The notes: a model not told the origin generated them from the sequence alone. Positions 1-11,070 are shown, counted from the first letter of the stretch. The stretch: 64,000 nt of DNA from Salinispira sp. (GCA_965226555.1 CBDDDG010000014.1:64001-128000), one strand, 5' to 3'. Numbers and translations: made by a program.

Positions 1-65
1 CTGTAGTAGGCGATCTTGAAGGCTATGTCGTGGATGTGTCCTGTGCTGTGGGATGATTTTTTCAT
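1..65 (-). CDS. 5' end of an Rpn-family nuclease gene, running off the window edge; paralog of the gene at 3033
   Basis: Reverse complement reads MKKSSHSTGHIHDIAFKIAYY, nearly identical to 3033-3095, with the same upstream leader. Confidence 0.8.
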   Translation of the reverse strand, partial: MKKSSHSTGHIHDIAFKIAYY

Positions 66-376
66 ATTCTTCCTCTTATATCTATAACGGGTAAAAAGTC
101 ATTCTTGACTATGTTTTTTGAAAGAATTTGAAAGAATTTTGCAAAATGTGTGAATTTTTTCGGGTTGGAATGGATTTTCGGGGCTACGGGAGGGGATGGC
201 TCGGGAACTGTTCCCGTTACGGTAAGAAGATACAGTGATCCCGAAAAATCGACCCTGTAATTTTCCATGAAAATTCATGTAGATAGTTGATATTCCTGAT
301 ACTTTGTAGTAGTCTTTAAGGAAGGTTTCAACGCGTATTCGCACTGAAACATATTTTTAGAAAAAGGAGTATTAAA

Positions 377-2556
377 ATGATGTTTAATCTTTTTAATCCA
401 CTACGAAAGTTATGGGGGGGGGGACGTCCTCTGTATTGATTATAATGAGCGTGGTTCTCGTTGCCGTGCTTGCCGGATGTCCGGGGCCAGATCCTGTTCC
501 GGGAGGTGATCCTGATCCTGTCACTGTTCCTGCCGCGCCGGCTGCTCCCACCCTCAATGTGGGGAACGCCGCACTGACTGTTACATGGGCAGCGCCCGAT
601 AACGGCGGCAGCGAAATTACCGAGTACCATGTGCAGCACAAAGAAAGTACCGCAGACTGGCCAGCGGACGGCACAACCAATACCGCCACTATCGGCGGTA
701 CTGTAACAAGCCACACCATTACCGAACTCAACAACACGACCAGTTACGATGTGCGGGTACGCGCGGTCAATGCGCAGGGCGCGGGGAACTGGTCGACATC
801 TGCCGCTGCAACACCCAGCGCATCCCATCCTCCAGCGCCGAATATGCCCACCCTTGTTGCGGGGAAAGGGAAGCTAACTGTTACCTGGGAAATGCCGACT
901 ATTGCCGCCGGTGCCAGCGCCATTACCACGTACCATGTGCAGCACAAACTAAGCACCGCAGACTGGCCAACGGACGACTCAACGGACACCGCCACTATTA
1001 ATGACGGCACTGCTGCACGCCACATCATTTCCGGGCTGATAGGCGGCAGTTCGTACGATGTACGGGTGCGCGCAGAAAATGAGGATACATTGCTTGGCGC
1101 ATGGTCGCAGCCTGCCACTGCAACCCCTCTCTCAACTTCCACTGTTCCTGCCGCGCCGACAGCTCCCACCCTCGAAGCAGGGAACGCTTCGCTTACGGTT
1201 ACATGGACAGCGCCCGATGACGGCGGCAGTGCCATTACCGGGTATTACCTTCGCCATAGCGCGGACGGCGGAACCTCATGGACGGAAATGAGCTCCGGTA
1301 TTACCGGCACAAGCCACACCATTACTGGGCTGACAAACGGCGCCAGCTACCACGTACAGGTACGCGCCGCTAACGCTGTGGGCGATGGCGGCTGGTCTGA
1401 ATCCGCAACGGCAACTCCGGCAATAATAATTTCATCGACACAGACTCCCGCGGGTACGGCAGCGACGGTAAACCTTTCGGCTGCCGCTAATGCCATTATT
1501 GCGGCTCAGAGCCCAACTGTTGCTTTGACCACGGTTGAACCGGGCACTCTCTCGGTTAGTGGATCAGGAGACATTACGGTAACTGCCGCAACTACGCCCG
1601 ATGGGGTTACCATTCCGACAGTTGATTCGGGTACCGGAGTTGTTTCGGTTACCGCGACGACAACGGCAGGAACATATCTGGTATATGGCACTGAATCTGG
1701 AGGTACAGACATACTGTTTGCCGAATTTTTCTTTGTTACCGTGAGTCCTGCTGATAACGCTGCACTAGACACAGCGGTAAATGCGGGGATATCAAACTGG
1801 GGCAATACTGCCGATCTCAACTACATTGTTACCACGGCAGTAACGAATATGTCCGAGGTGTTTCTTTCCAATAGCACATTCAATGGCGATATTTCCGGCT
1901 GGGATGTCAGTTCGGTAACGAATATGACCCAGATGTTCGCTGGAGCAAGCGTATTCAATGGTGATATCTCGGACTGGGATGTCAGTTCGGTAACGAATAT
2001 GACCCAGACCTTCGCTTTGGCGAGCGCATTCAATGGCGATATTTCGAAATGGGATACTACAGCGGTAACAGTTATGTATGGGATGTTCAATCAAGCAAGC
2101 ACATTCAATGGCGATATCTCGGGCTGGGATACTACAGCGGTAACGAATATGAGCGATATGTTCCAGCAAGCAAGCGTATTTAATCAGAATATCTCAAGCT
2201 GGGATGTCAGTAAGGTAACGATTATGAACCAGATGTTCTATCTCGCAAATAACTTTAATGGCAATATTTCGGGCTGGGATGTCAGTAAGGTAACGAATGT
2301 GGGCAGTATGTTCAATTCAGCAAGCGCATTCAATCAGAATATCTCAAGCTGGGATGTTAGTTCGGTAACGAATATGAATACTATGTTCGCTGGAGCAAGC
2401 GTATTCAATCAAGATCTTGAAAACTGGGCATGGAATAACTCGGTTAACCCTGCGGTTTACTGGAACAATGCTAACTGGAACAATGGCACATATACCGGAG
2501 GCAAAACAAATATGTTTGTGAATTCCGGCGTAACAACAACGCCGTCATGGTATTAG
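377..2556 (+). CDS. FN3(x3) + DUF285/BspA-repeat(x7) surface lipoprotein; natural start out of frame at G10 tract (414-423)
   Basis: AAGGAG then ATG377 gives MMFNLFNPLRKLW (paralogs have NPLRKVQG). Body ORF 412-2556 has lipobox LAGC, FN3 motifs (LTVTW...Y.VRVRAVN..G.G.WS) and FNGDISxWDVSSVTNM repeats, ending PSWY. Confidence 0.85.
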
Positions 2557-2561
2557 GAGCA

Positions 2562-2590
2562 GTTTCATAGCCCGCAGGGGCTATTGAAAC
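2562..2590 (+). repeat. Conserved hairpin just 3' of the lipoprotein genes (GTTTCATAGCCC-gcag-GGGCTATTGAAAC)
   Basis: Near-full copy at 39982-40010; left halves at about 18406, 22199 and 38160. Confidence 0.7.
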
Positions 2591-2760
2591 GTTGCAATTC
2601 AACTCCGGCAGGCATGGGCGCCGACCAGCCCCCGTGCCTGCCTTTTTTCGATTGCTCTCCCATGCGTCCGGGCTGATCAAATAGTAATATCTCAAAATAA
2701 TAGAAACTTTTTGAAAAAATTTCTCATATTCACCGTTCATATTTTACCCGTCTATATGGT

Positions 2761-2925
2761 ATGAGAAAAGATTATATCAATATGGTACACGACAAAAGTT
2801 GGAAATATGTTTTCGGGAGTGCTCAGATATTCCGGGACTTCATATACTCCTACTTCAACAAAGGCCTCGCGCGGAGCATTGTTCCCGGGAGAGCATCGAG
2901 CGTATCAACACAGAGCATACCAGCC
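2761..2925 (+). pseudogene. 5' fragment of an Rpn-family gene (subtype A)
   Basis: MRKDYINMVHDKSWKYVF...RDFIYSYFNK matches the N-terminus at 40189; truncated and joined to the next Rpn leader. Confidence 0.75.
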
Positions 2926-3032
2926 CCCCATTCCCGACTCCCCGAAAAAAAATCACACTATTTCTTCAAATTCTTTCCCAAAACATAGTTAAAAATGACT
3001 TTTCTCCCGTTATAGATGTAAGAGGAATGTTT

Positions 3033-4071
3033 ATGAAAAAATCATCCCAGAGCACAGGCCACATCCACGACATAGCCTTCAAGATCGCCTACTACAAGAA
3101 CCCCCCGGCTGATTCCCGACCTGCTGCGGCTGTTCTGTGAAGATACAACGCTTACCAAGCTGGATCTGGACAAAATCCGCATTGAAACCCCCAGCTACAT
3201 TGCAGGAAAAAAGAACCTTCACTGCGATCTCGTTGTCAGTGCCCCCTTCCTGTCAGACCCCGACCGGAAATCTATTTTTATTATTGAGCATAAAAGCTAC
3301 CTGAATAAACATGCTCTCACTCAAATCGATAACTATCAGTATGTCATCAGAAACAGCAATGTGTACAATGAAAGGGATGCTATCTATATACTGCTGCTCT
3401 ACCATGGAAAAAAGGAATGGAACCTCCAGCGCGAATTTTATAGTTCGCATGGAAATGCTGCTTCCGAATCCCTTACCGAAGGCACGGTGGATGTCAGGGT
3501 GAAAGTGTCGTACATTGTGCGCGATCTTTGTAGAATGAAAAAGGAGCAGTTGGCATGGCGTTCCGATGGAAAACGATATACATCGACTGCATTGTGGTAT
3601 ATAATGCGAGATAATAAAATGGATGCTGAGGGGCTGAAAGAAATTGCGCAGCTCCTGAACGGTTTGTCATCACAAGACTTTACTGATCTGGCAGAGAGTG
3701 TGCTAGGTTACCTGAAGGACTTGGGACTGTATGGACAGTTTGAGAAAATTGACAGGGAACTATATTCAGTAGGAGAAAACAGTATGCGGACATATAACAT
3801 AACCAATGCCTTCGTCAGGGAAGGTATTGCGAAGGGCCGGATTGAGGGTCTTGAGCAGGGTATCACAAAGGGCCGGGCTGAGGGCATTGAGAAAGGTATT
3901 CTGAAAGGAATGGAGAAAGGTATTCTGAAAGGTCGCTCGGAGGGGCATATTGAGGAGCGGAGAAAAAACGCTCGCAGTATGTTTTTGGAAGGATTGTCGA
4001 CAGAGGCTGTTCAGAGGATTACCGGGCTGAGCGATGAGGAAATGCGGACATTGCGGAACGGATCGCATTAA
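3033..4071 (+). pseudogene. Rpn family PD-(D/E)XK nuclease (subtype B); single +1 frameshift in C6 tract at 3101-3106
   Basis: Removing one C joins MKKSS..HDIAFK to NPRLIPDLLR..HCDLVV..IIEHKSY and on into ORF 3361-4071 with GxxEG repeats and an HTH-like tail. Confidence 0.8.
3784..4071 (+). CDS. Intragenic small Rpn C-terminal protein (RpnS-like antitoxin), 95 aa
   Basis: In-frame ATG with AGGAG at 3771; EGIAKG/EGLEQG repeats. Confidence 0.65.
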   Translation: MRTYNITNAFVREGIAKGRIEGLEQGITKGRAEGIEKGILKGMEKGILKGRSEGHIEERRKNARSMFLEGLSTEAVQRITGLSDEEMRTLRNGSH

Positions 4072-4344
4072 TTGACGTTGCTCGGCCTGCTCGCCCATGC
4101 GTCTGTCAGGAATGATCGATACAAAGTAGTACTGGAAAATGATAATCAATATGGAAAATCGTTAATGAGCTGCGCGCAAAAATTTTATCGCTTATTTCTT
4201 CAAGACGCTTCAAGCGTTCTTCAAAACTTTTCATTGCTGATCCTTGTGTTTCATGCGTTCCGCTGTTGAGATCGTCCGATATTCACCCATTCTCTTGCAC
4301 GTGATCATCCGGTTGACGAAATTCTGTGTGATATTACATGGAGT

Positions 4345-5337
4345 TCAGGGTTTTCTCTGACACAAAAGGGAGCTGAGGGCTTCCTTTTCAGCGAGTAGTT
4401 CATTGAGGGTAGTGTTTAATTTCTGCTGCGCGAAGGTGTTGTGCTCAATTCCTTGGACAATGTGCCAGTTTGTGCCGTTGCTCCGCAGGGGAAAACCGAA
4501 CATGAGCCCCTCGGGAATGCCGTAGCTACCATCGGATGAAACGGCTGCGGAGAAGAACTCGCCTTCGGGGGTTGGGCGGGTGAGGTTTTTTACTGTGTCA
4601 ATGACGGCGTTTGCCGCGGATGCTGCCGATGAGGCGCCGCGGGCCTCAATTATGGCAGTGCCCCGTTTCTGAACGGTGCTGAGGAAGTCTCCTTTGAGCC
4701 ATTGTTCGTTGCCAATAACTTCGCTGGCAGGTCTGCCCGTGATGGCGGCATGGTAAAAATCGGGGTACATGGTCGGCGAGTGGTTTCCCCAAATTGCCAG
4801 ATTTTTCACTTCACGTACCTGAACATCTGCCTTCGCTGCGAGCTGTGTTAGCGCGCGGTTCTGGTCGAGCATGGTCATTGCGAAGAAATTTTCCTGCGGC
4901 ATTGACGGGGCTGCGGCCTTCGCGGCGAATGCGTTGCTGTTGCAGGGGTTCCCGACAACGAGCACCTTGCAGCCCGCTCCCGCGTACTCGGCAATTGCCC
5001 GGCCCTGCTTCACGAAGATTCCCCCGTTTCCTTTGAGCAGATCGGCGCGCTCCATGCCCTTTTTACGAGGAACCGAGCCGACAAGGAGCGCCCAGTCGGC
5101 ATTGTTGAAGGCGGCTGCCGCGCTGGAAGTTGCGGTCGCCGACCGGAGAAGCGGAAATGCGCAGTCCTCCAGTTCCATAATAACACCCCGAAGGGCAGGA
5201 AGCGCCTGTTCAAGCTCAAGAAGCTGAAGATGCACTTCGGTGTCCTGCCCGAACATCTGCCCTGAAGCAATTCTGAAAAGAAGGGCGTATCCAATCTGCC
5301 CCGCCGCGCCGGTAACTGCTACCCGCATATCTTTCAT
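4345..5337 (-). CDS. mdh: Malate dehydrogenase (start approximate)
   Basis: [44 protein letters not shown]. Confidence 0.97.
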   Translation of the reverse strand: MKDMRVAVTGAAGQIGYALLFRIASGQMFGQDTEVHLQLLELEQALPALRGVIMELEDCAFPLLRSATATSSAAAAFNNADWALLVGSVPRKKGMERADLLKGNGGIFVKQGRAIAEYAGAGCKVLVVGNPCNSNAFAAKAAAPSMPQENFFAMTMLDQNRALTQLAAKADVQVREVKNLAIWGNHSPTMYPDFYHAAITGRPASEVIGNEQWLKGDFLSTVQKRGTAIIEARGASSAASAANAVIDTVKNLTRPTPEGEFFSAAVSSDGSYGIPEGLMFGFPLRSNGTNWHIVQGIEHNTFAQQKLNTTLNELLAEKEALSSLLCQRKP

Positions 5338-5560
5338 ATCCATACCTCCATCGGCATAATCTGTCTGAAACATCTGCATAGAGCAAAACGCTCTACATCT
5401 CCAGAATTATATCCTACATTCCAATCCATATCCATAGCCATCATGATATTCCGTGGGATATTCCGCCATCAATTTTACCGCATCAATTTTATACCATCAA
5501 TAGTACAAAAATCGTGGGCACATCGGCTGAATATCTGTTACACTGTGAGCAGGCGGAAAT

Positions 5561-7315
5561 ATGAACAGAGCAATACGGAGAGCGCTCCTGAGTGTCAGCG
5601 ATAAAACACACATTACCGTCCTTGCGTCTTTTCTCGCAGAGCGGGATGTTGAAATTATCGCTACGGGCGGCACCGCAGGGCTCATTGCGGAGCAGGGGCT
5701 GGCGGTTACTCCCGTGGAAGAAATTACCGGCAATCCCGAGGCCTTCGGCGGGAGAATGAAGACCATCAGTTTTCAGATTGAAAGTTCCATACTTTTCCGC
5801 CGTGATCGTCAGTGCGATGTTGATGATGCCGAAAAACTCGGCCTGCGCGCCATTGATCTTGTGGTATGCAATCTCTATCCATTTGAAAAAATTGCCGGCG
5901 GAAATCCTGCCCCCGATTGTGATACGCTTGTTGAGAACATTGATATTGGCGGGCCGACGATGATCCGCGCCGCAGCAAAAAATTACCGCTTTGTAACGGT
6001 ACTCACTGACCCTGCGCAATATGAGCAGTTCATGAAACTCACCGGCAGCGGCACGCTCAATGAAGACATCCGCTTCAATTTTGCCCTTCAGGCTCTGCGC
6101 CTGACCGCCCGCTATGATCAGTTTATTTTCAACACCCTTGCAGCCCGCGCCCGCAATGACGCGCCCCCGCTGCCATTCCCGCTGGCATTTCATGAACTGA
6201 AGAAACTCCGCTATGGGGAAAATCCGCATCAGCGGGCATGGATGGCGCCCTGGGATAATTCGCATTCCCCCATCCGCCTTGCCCGTGCCGAGGTACTTCA
6301 GGGAAAGGAGCTGTCGTATAACAATATGACCGATGCCGACAGCGCATGGAAATGCACTAGCGAACTTCATTATCATTTTCCAGAGCACTTCGCGGTAACG
6401 ATTGTAAAGCACGGGAACCCCTGCGGCGCGGCAGTTGGAAGGAATGCGTTGTCGGTCCTTGAAAAGGCATGGGACTGCGATCCTGTGAGCAGTTTTGGAA
6501 GCATTATCAGCTTTAGTTGGGAAATTGGCAGAGCCGAGGCAGACTGGCTTGCCGAGCGTTTTGTTGAGGTGATTGTTGCGCCAGCATGTTCTCCGGAAGC
6601 GCTGGAGATTTTTGCCCGAAAGAAAAATCTGCGTCTTTTACTCTGTGAAAACAGATCAGCGGACAGCGCCGAGAAGGTTATACGGAGCATGAGCGGTGCC
6701 CTGCTCATCCAGGATGAGGATGAGCCGAGAGATTATGAGTTCAAAAGTGTAACTACGCGTCGGTTTCCGAAGGAGCTGCGCCGGCTTTGCCTCTTCGGCA
6801 TGGTTGTTAACAAGTATCTCAGGAGTAACAGCATCGTGCTGGTGGACAAAATTGCGCCGGTCGACAAAATTGCGCAGGGAAGCACAGCGGCGGCGGAAGG
6901 CATGAATGCCCGGGGAGATGAAGATGCCGGAGGAGATGAGCAGGTCAGGGGAGATGAAGCTGATTTCATGGTCATTGCCGGTGCCGGAATGGGGCAGCCG
7001 AATCGTCTGGATTCCCTGAAGCTCCTTGCAGCCGAACGCGCCGGACTCAGGCAGCGGGCATCAGCAGAACCATCCGCATCAGCAGAACCGATCCCATCAT
7101 CTCCATCGCCCGACAGGAATTCCGGCAGAAGCTCCATGGTACTCATAAGCGATGCATTTTTTCCCTTTCGTGATAGTATAGATATGGCGCATTCCTTTGG
7201 TATACAATGTATCGTTCAGCCCGGGGGAAGCATACGGGATAAAGAAGTTATCAATGCCTGCAACGAGCACAGCATCGCCATGTGTTTCACCTCCGTTCGC
7301 CACTTTCGCCATTAA
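5561..7315 (+). CDS. purH: Bifunctional AICAR transformylase/IMP cyclohydrolase
   Basis: RALLSVSDK, ENIDIGGPTMIRAAAKN, LRYGENPHQ, SDAFFPF, QPGGSIRD, RHFRH. Confidence 0.97.
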   Translation: MNRAIRRALLSVSDKTHITVLASFLAERDVEIIATGGTAGLIAEQGLAVTPVEEITGNPEAFGGRMKTISFQIESSILFRRDRQCDVDDAEKLGLRAIDLVVCNLYPFEKIAGGNPAPDCDTLVENIDIGGPTMIRAAAKNYRFVTVLTDPAQYEQFMKLTGSGTLNEDIRFNFALQALRLTARYDQFIFNTLAARARNDAPPLPFPLAFHELKKLRYGENPHQRAWMAPWDNSHSPIRLARAEVLQGKELSYNNMTDADSAWKCTSELHYHFPEHFAVTIVKHGNPCGAAVGRNALSVLEKAWDCDPVSSFGSIISFSWEIGRAEADWLAERFVEVIVAPACSPEALEIFARKKNLRLLLCENRSADSAEKVIRSMSGALLIQDEDEPRDYEFKSVTTRRFPKELRRLCLFGMVVNKYLRSNSIVLVDKIAPVDKIAQGSTAAAEGMNARGDEDAGGDEQVRGDEADFMVIAGAGMGQPNRLDSLKLLAAERAGLRQRASAEPSASAEPIPSSPSPDRNSGRSSMVLISDAFFPFRDSIDMAHSFGIQCIVQPGGSIRDKEVINACNEHSIAMCFTSVRHFRH

Positions 7316-7318
7316 CCC

Positions 7319-8317
7319 ATGTCTCCGCGCACCGGACTATTCCAACGAGCACGGCGGGCGCTGCTGCCCCGACCACGGTCGCTCCTCGTGAACATCATCA
7401 GCATCTTCCTGCGGCGCCTCATCCGCCTCATACTAACTGTGTTCATTGCCGGTACCGCATTGTTTTTACTGCTTCGGATAATACCCGGCGATCCGGCGCA
7501 GATTATTGTCGGTATGGATCGGGCAGTGGATGAGGCGCAGCTCGCAGACATTCGCGGCCGGCTGGGGCTTAATGAACCCCTCATAAAGCAGTATGGAAAC
7601 TGGCTTTTTGCGGCAATCCGTCTCGATTTTGGCACTTCATGGCAAAAAGCGCTTCCTGTTGGTCAACTTCTGGTCGAACGCTTGAGAATCACCCTGCTCC
7701 TGGCACTTGTTTCCATGGGTATCGCAGTTCTCATTGCGTTGCCTGCGGGCGTTGTGAGCGCTGTTCGGCAGGATGATCGTATCGATCATGTCATAATGGG
7801 AACATCTCACATTGTACTTGCCATTCCCGGATTCTGGCTCGGCATTATGCTTCTGCTTATGTTTTCCGTTGTAATCCCGATATTCCCCCTTTACGGATCA
7901 TTAAGTCTCCGGCATTTTATTCTTCCCGCCATTACCCTAGGTTTCGGCAGCGCAGCCTTCCTGAGCCGCCTAGTGCGGACTGCCATTCTCCGTGAGTTGG
8001 ACAGGGACTATGTTTTCTTCTTCACGCAGCTCGGCCTGCCCCGATCACGGGTCATTTGGCGCCATGTGCTTCCCAATGCACTTATTCCCATTGCCATTCC
8101 GGCAGGCATTCAATTCGGCTATCTGCTCGGAGGCGCAATTATCATTGAACAGATTTTTAGTATGGGCGGAACAGGCAGGCTTATTCTGCATGCCATTCAG
8201 ACACGGGATTTTCCCCTCATTCAGGGAACTGTTATTTTTCTTGCGGCGATTTTCTCGCTGGTCAATTTTGCTGCCGACATCTTTGTAACCCTCGCTGATC
8301 CTGAGAAGAGAATATGA
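7319..8317 (+). CDS. Peptide/nickel ABC transporter permease (OppB/DppB-like; true start may be slightly downstream)
   Basis: PGDPA, LGLNEP..QY..W, HVLPNALIP, RDFPLIQG. Confidence 0.92.
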   Translation: MSPRTGLFQRARRALLPRPRSLLVNIISIFLRRLIRLILTVFIAGTALFLLLRIIPGDPAQIIVGMDRAVDEAQLADIRGRLGLNEPLIKQYGNWLFAAIRLDFGTSWQKALPVGQLLVERLRITLLLALVSMGIAVLIALPAGVVSAVRQDDRIDHVIMGTSHIVLAIPGFWLGIMLLLMFSVVIPIFPLYGSLSLRHFILPAITLGFGSAAFLSRLVRTAILRELDRDYVFFFTQLGLPRSRVIWRHVLPNALIPIAIPAGIQFGYLLGGAIIIEQIFSMGGTGRLILHAIQTRDFPLIQGTVIFLAAIFSLVNFAADIFVTLADPEKRI

Positions 8318-9360
8318 ACAAAATCAATTTCACAAACATACGGATCACCCATATCACGGCAGGCGGCGTTGTGGAAATTCTTCACAACATTGATATTGCG
8401 CTCTTTCCCGGGAAAGTACTTGCTGTGCTCGGTGAAAGCGGGGCGGGGAAGAGCTTTCTTGCGCGATCCTTATGCGCCCTCGCCGGGCGGAATGACTTCA
8501 TTCCTTCGGGCTTTTTTCTCAATGGACAGGTTACCCGCACAGATATATTTCCGGCAATGATCTTTCAGAATGTAAAGACCTGTCTCAATCCCTCCCTACG
8601 CGTCGGCTCGCATCTGAAAGAAATTCTCCGTTACCGCCAGCCGCCGCCAGCCTTTGCATCTCCAGAAAACCTCCTTGAACTTGTGAACCTTCCCCCGGGA
8701 AGGAGCTTTCAGCAGCAGTATCCTCATGAGCTTTCAGGCGGCATGCAGCAGCGGCTTGCCGTAGCCTGCGCGATAGCGGCTGATGCCGACATTCTCATTG
8801 CCGATGAAGCCCTCACCGCGCTGGACAGGGAAACAGCCCGTAATGTTTTGTCGGTGTTCGGCACTATTGCCCGGGAACTGCATAAGGCTGTCGTGTTGAT
8901 TACACATAACCTGCGAATTCTGCAGGAATGCGCGGATCGGGTTGCGGTTATGTACAGCGGATATCTGATGGAGGAGGGGAGAGCGGATATATTTCTGAAG
9001 GAACCCCGGCATCCCTATAGCCGCGCCCTCATGGAAAGCCGCCCGTCCGGGCAGCAAAAAGGACGGTTGCTCAATGAAATTGAGGGTGACATTTCTCCCG
9101 CAGGGCAGTCATTCGCCGGCTGTCCCTTCGCCCCCCGCTGCCAATATCAGCAAGAAGACTGCCGTACCCGCCTTCCCCCCATGCGTTTCAATGTCGATGC
9201 AGCCGCGAGCGCGAGCGCTGATACTGATGTTGACGCAGCCGCTGATACAGCCGCCAAGGCTGACGCGGGTTCCCGCTACCGCTGCTTTCACCCCCTTCCT
9301 GCTGCCCGCCTTCATCCGCTTTCCGTTTCCGGGGATCGGATCGGGGTCGGTCGTGAGTGA
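8314..9360 (+). CDS. Peptide ABC transporter ATPase (OppD-like)
   Basis: GESGAGKS, LSGGMQQR, HPYSRAL, GCPFAPRC. Confidence 0.93.
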   Translation: MNKINFTNIRITHITAGGVVEILHNIDIALFPGKVLAVLGESGAGKSFLARSLCALAGRNDFIPSGFFLNGQVTRTDIFPAMIFQNVKTCLNPSLRVGSHLKEILRYRQPPPAFASPENLLELVNLPPGRSFQQQYPHELSGGMQQRLAVACAIAADADILIADEALTALDRETARNVLSVFGTIARELHKAVVLITHNLRILQECADRVAVMYSGYLMEEGRADIFLKEPRHPYSRALMESRPSGQQKGRLLNEIEGDISPAGQSFAGCPFAPRCQYQQEDCRTRLPPMRFNVDAAASASADTDVDAAADTAAKADAGSRYRCFHPLPAARLHPLSVSGDRIGVGRE

Positions 9361-9361
9361 A

Positions 9362-10108
9362 ATGATGGATGGGAAGATAAGTCGGGTTCCCGTGCTCTGT
9401 CTGGAAAAGGTGTATAAGTCCTATTCAAGTTCCGGATTCGGCGGAATTGCTTCACAGTCCGTAGAGGTACTCAATAATTTTTCTCTCAACCTGTATCAGG
9501 GAGAAACGCTGGTTCTTCTGGGGAAATCCGGCCTCGGGAAGAGTACTGTTGCGCGTTGTATTCTCCGCTTGGAGGATATTCAGGCGGGGAAAATTGTCTC
9601 TGCCTGGGGAATGATTGTAAACAAAGGAGAATCCGGAAGGGGCTGGGCAAAAAAATGGGCAGCTCAGGAAACAATGCCCCCGCAGGAATTGTACCGGCGC
9701 GTGCAGCTGGTTCCCCAATCCACGGGGAACAGCCTGAATCCATTCATGACGCTTGAGCAGAACATTACCCGTGTTATGAGCCAGAACCCGGGTACGCGGA
9801 GTCTGGAGGAGGGGCTTGCGCTCAGCGGCTTGGACACTTCCCTGCTCGGACGCCGCCCGGTACAGCTCAGCGGGGGGCAGCGGCAGCGTTTTCTGCTGCT
9901 CAGGGCGCTGATCATGAACCCCCGAATTATTATTTTCGATGAACCCGTGTCCAGCCTCGATTCTTCTATTCAGGCCCGAATTCTCAATACCCTGCGCCGC
10001 CTGAAAGAGGAGCAGAATCTGTCATATCTTTTTATTACCCACAACACCGATGTCGCAGAATACATCGGCGACCGCATCATCAATATGGAAACACTGTATC
10101 AGGATTGA
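9362..10108 (+). CDS. Peptide ABC transporter ATPase (OppF-like)
   Basis: GKSGLGKS, LSGGQRQR, DEPVSSLD; ATG directly after the upstream stop. Confidence 0.9.
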   Translation: MMDGKISRVPVLCLEKVYKSYSSSGFGGIASQSVEVLNNFSLNLYQGETLVLLGKSGLGKSTVARCILRLEDIQAGKIVSAWGMIVNKGESGRGWAKKWAAQETMPPQELYRRVQLVPQSTGNSLNPFMTLEQNITRVMSQNPGTRSLEEGLALSGLDTSLLGRRPVQLSGGQRQRFLLLRALIMNPRIIIFDEPVSSLDSSIQARILNTLRRLKEEQNLSYLFITHNTDVAEYIGDRIINMETLYQD

Positions 10109-10158
10109 TTGCCCACTCAGTGGAATGTTTTTTGCTCCTGATGTATGCTGAAACATCT

Positions 10159-11070
10159 ATGAATGTACAATACGATTTTTTGGAGAATAGCGTTTTTCCG
10201 TTACTTGTTATGGAAAAATCTGAATATGCGGGGAATCAATGTGTATTTCGTAATGGTACTGCCGGGGTATGGCTGTATCAATCGAATTGTCTGGAATTTA
10301 TGGACGCATTACTGAAGAAATATCCCGAGGGTGTGTTTAGCATGATTTTTGCTGATCCCCCGTATTTTTTATCGAACGGCGGAATAAGTTGCCATGCGGG
10401 TAAAATGGTTAAGGTGGATAAGGGCGATTGGGATAAATCGCAGGGTCCTGTACTGAATCATGAATTTAATGTAAGTTGGCTATCGCTATGTCAAAAATTG
10501 CTTAAGGAGAATGGGACAATGTGGGTATCGGGCACCTCTCATGTGATTCATTCAGTGGGTTATGCCATGCAGCAATTAGGAATGAAGTTGCTCAACGATA
10601 TAACATGGGAAAAACCCAATCCTCCCCCGAATCTTTCCTGCAGATACTTTACCCATTCCACCGAAACCATTATCTGGGCAGCAAAAAATGAGAAGACGAA
10701 ACATATTTTCCATTATCAGAAAATGCGGAAGGAAAATGGCGGTAAGCAGATGAAAACGGTTTGGAACATACGACCTCCCGCGAAGAGTGAAAAGGAATTC
10801 GGGAAGCACCCTACACAAAAACCGCTGTTGTTGTTGGAGAGAATAATTGAAGCAAGCACAGATGAAGGAGACCTCATTTTTGATCCTTTCGCAGGCAGCA
10901 GTACAACGGGTGTTGCTGCTATCCGCCGCAACAGAAAATTTGTCGGCTGTGAACTGGAGCATGAGTTTATTGCTATTTCGAAAGAACGATTACATGCCGG
11001 TCTGAAGAGCTCCGATCTGGAACGCTCCAGTCTGAAAAGCGTGCCGAAAAAGATGGTTTCTGAAAGATGA
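10159..11070 (+). CDS. N6/N4 DNA methyltransferase, beta class (DpnA-like); start uncertain
   Basis: FADPPYFLSNGG..VDKGDWD, HPTQKP, DPFAGSSTT. Confidence 0.92.
   Translation: MNVQYDFLENSVFPLLVMEKSEYAGNQCVFRNGTAGVWLYQSNCLEFMDALLKKYPEGVFSMIFADPPYFLSNGGISCHAGKMVKVDKGDWDKSQGPVLNHEFNVSWLSLCQKLLKENGTMWVSGTSHVIHSVGYAMQQLGMKLLNDITWEKPNPPPNLSCRYFTHSTETIIWAAKNEKTKHIFHYQKMRKENGGKQMKTVWNIRPPAKSEKEFGKHPTQKPLLLLERIIEASTDEGDLIFDPFAGSSTTGVAAIRRNRKFVGCELEHEFIAISKERLHAGLKSSDLERSSLKSVPKKMVSER

Noticed and set aside
1870..2410. 75-bp periodic repeats as a CRISPR-like array
   Set aside because: They are in-frame DUF285 coding repeats
2562..2590. CRISPR-repeat-like 29-mer (GTTTC...ATTGAAAC)
   Set aside because: Single dispersed copies, no repeat-spacer array and no cas genes; kept only as a hairpin
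2557..2700. Integron attC sites after the lipoprotein genes
   Set aside because: No RYYYAAC/GTTRRRY pairing recognised and no integrase in the window
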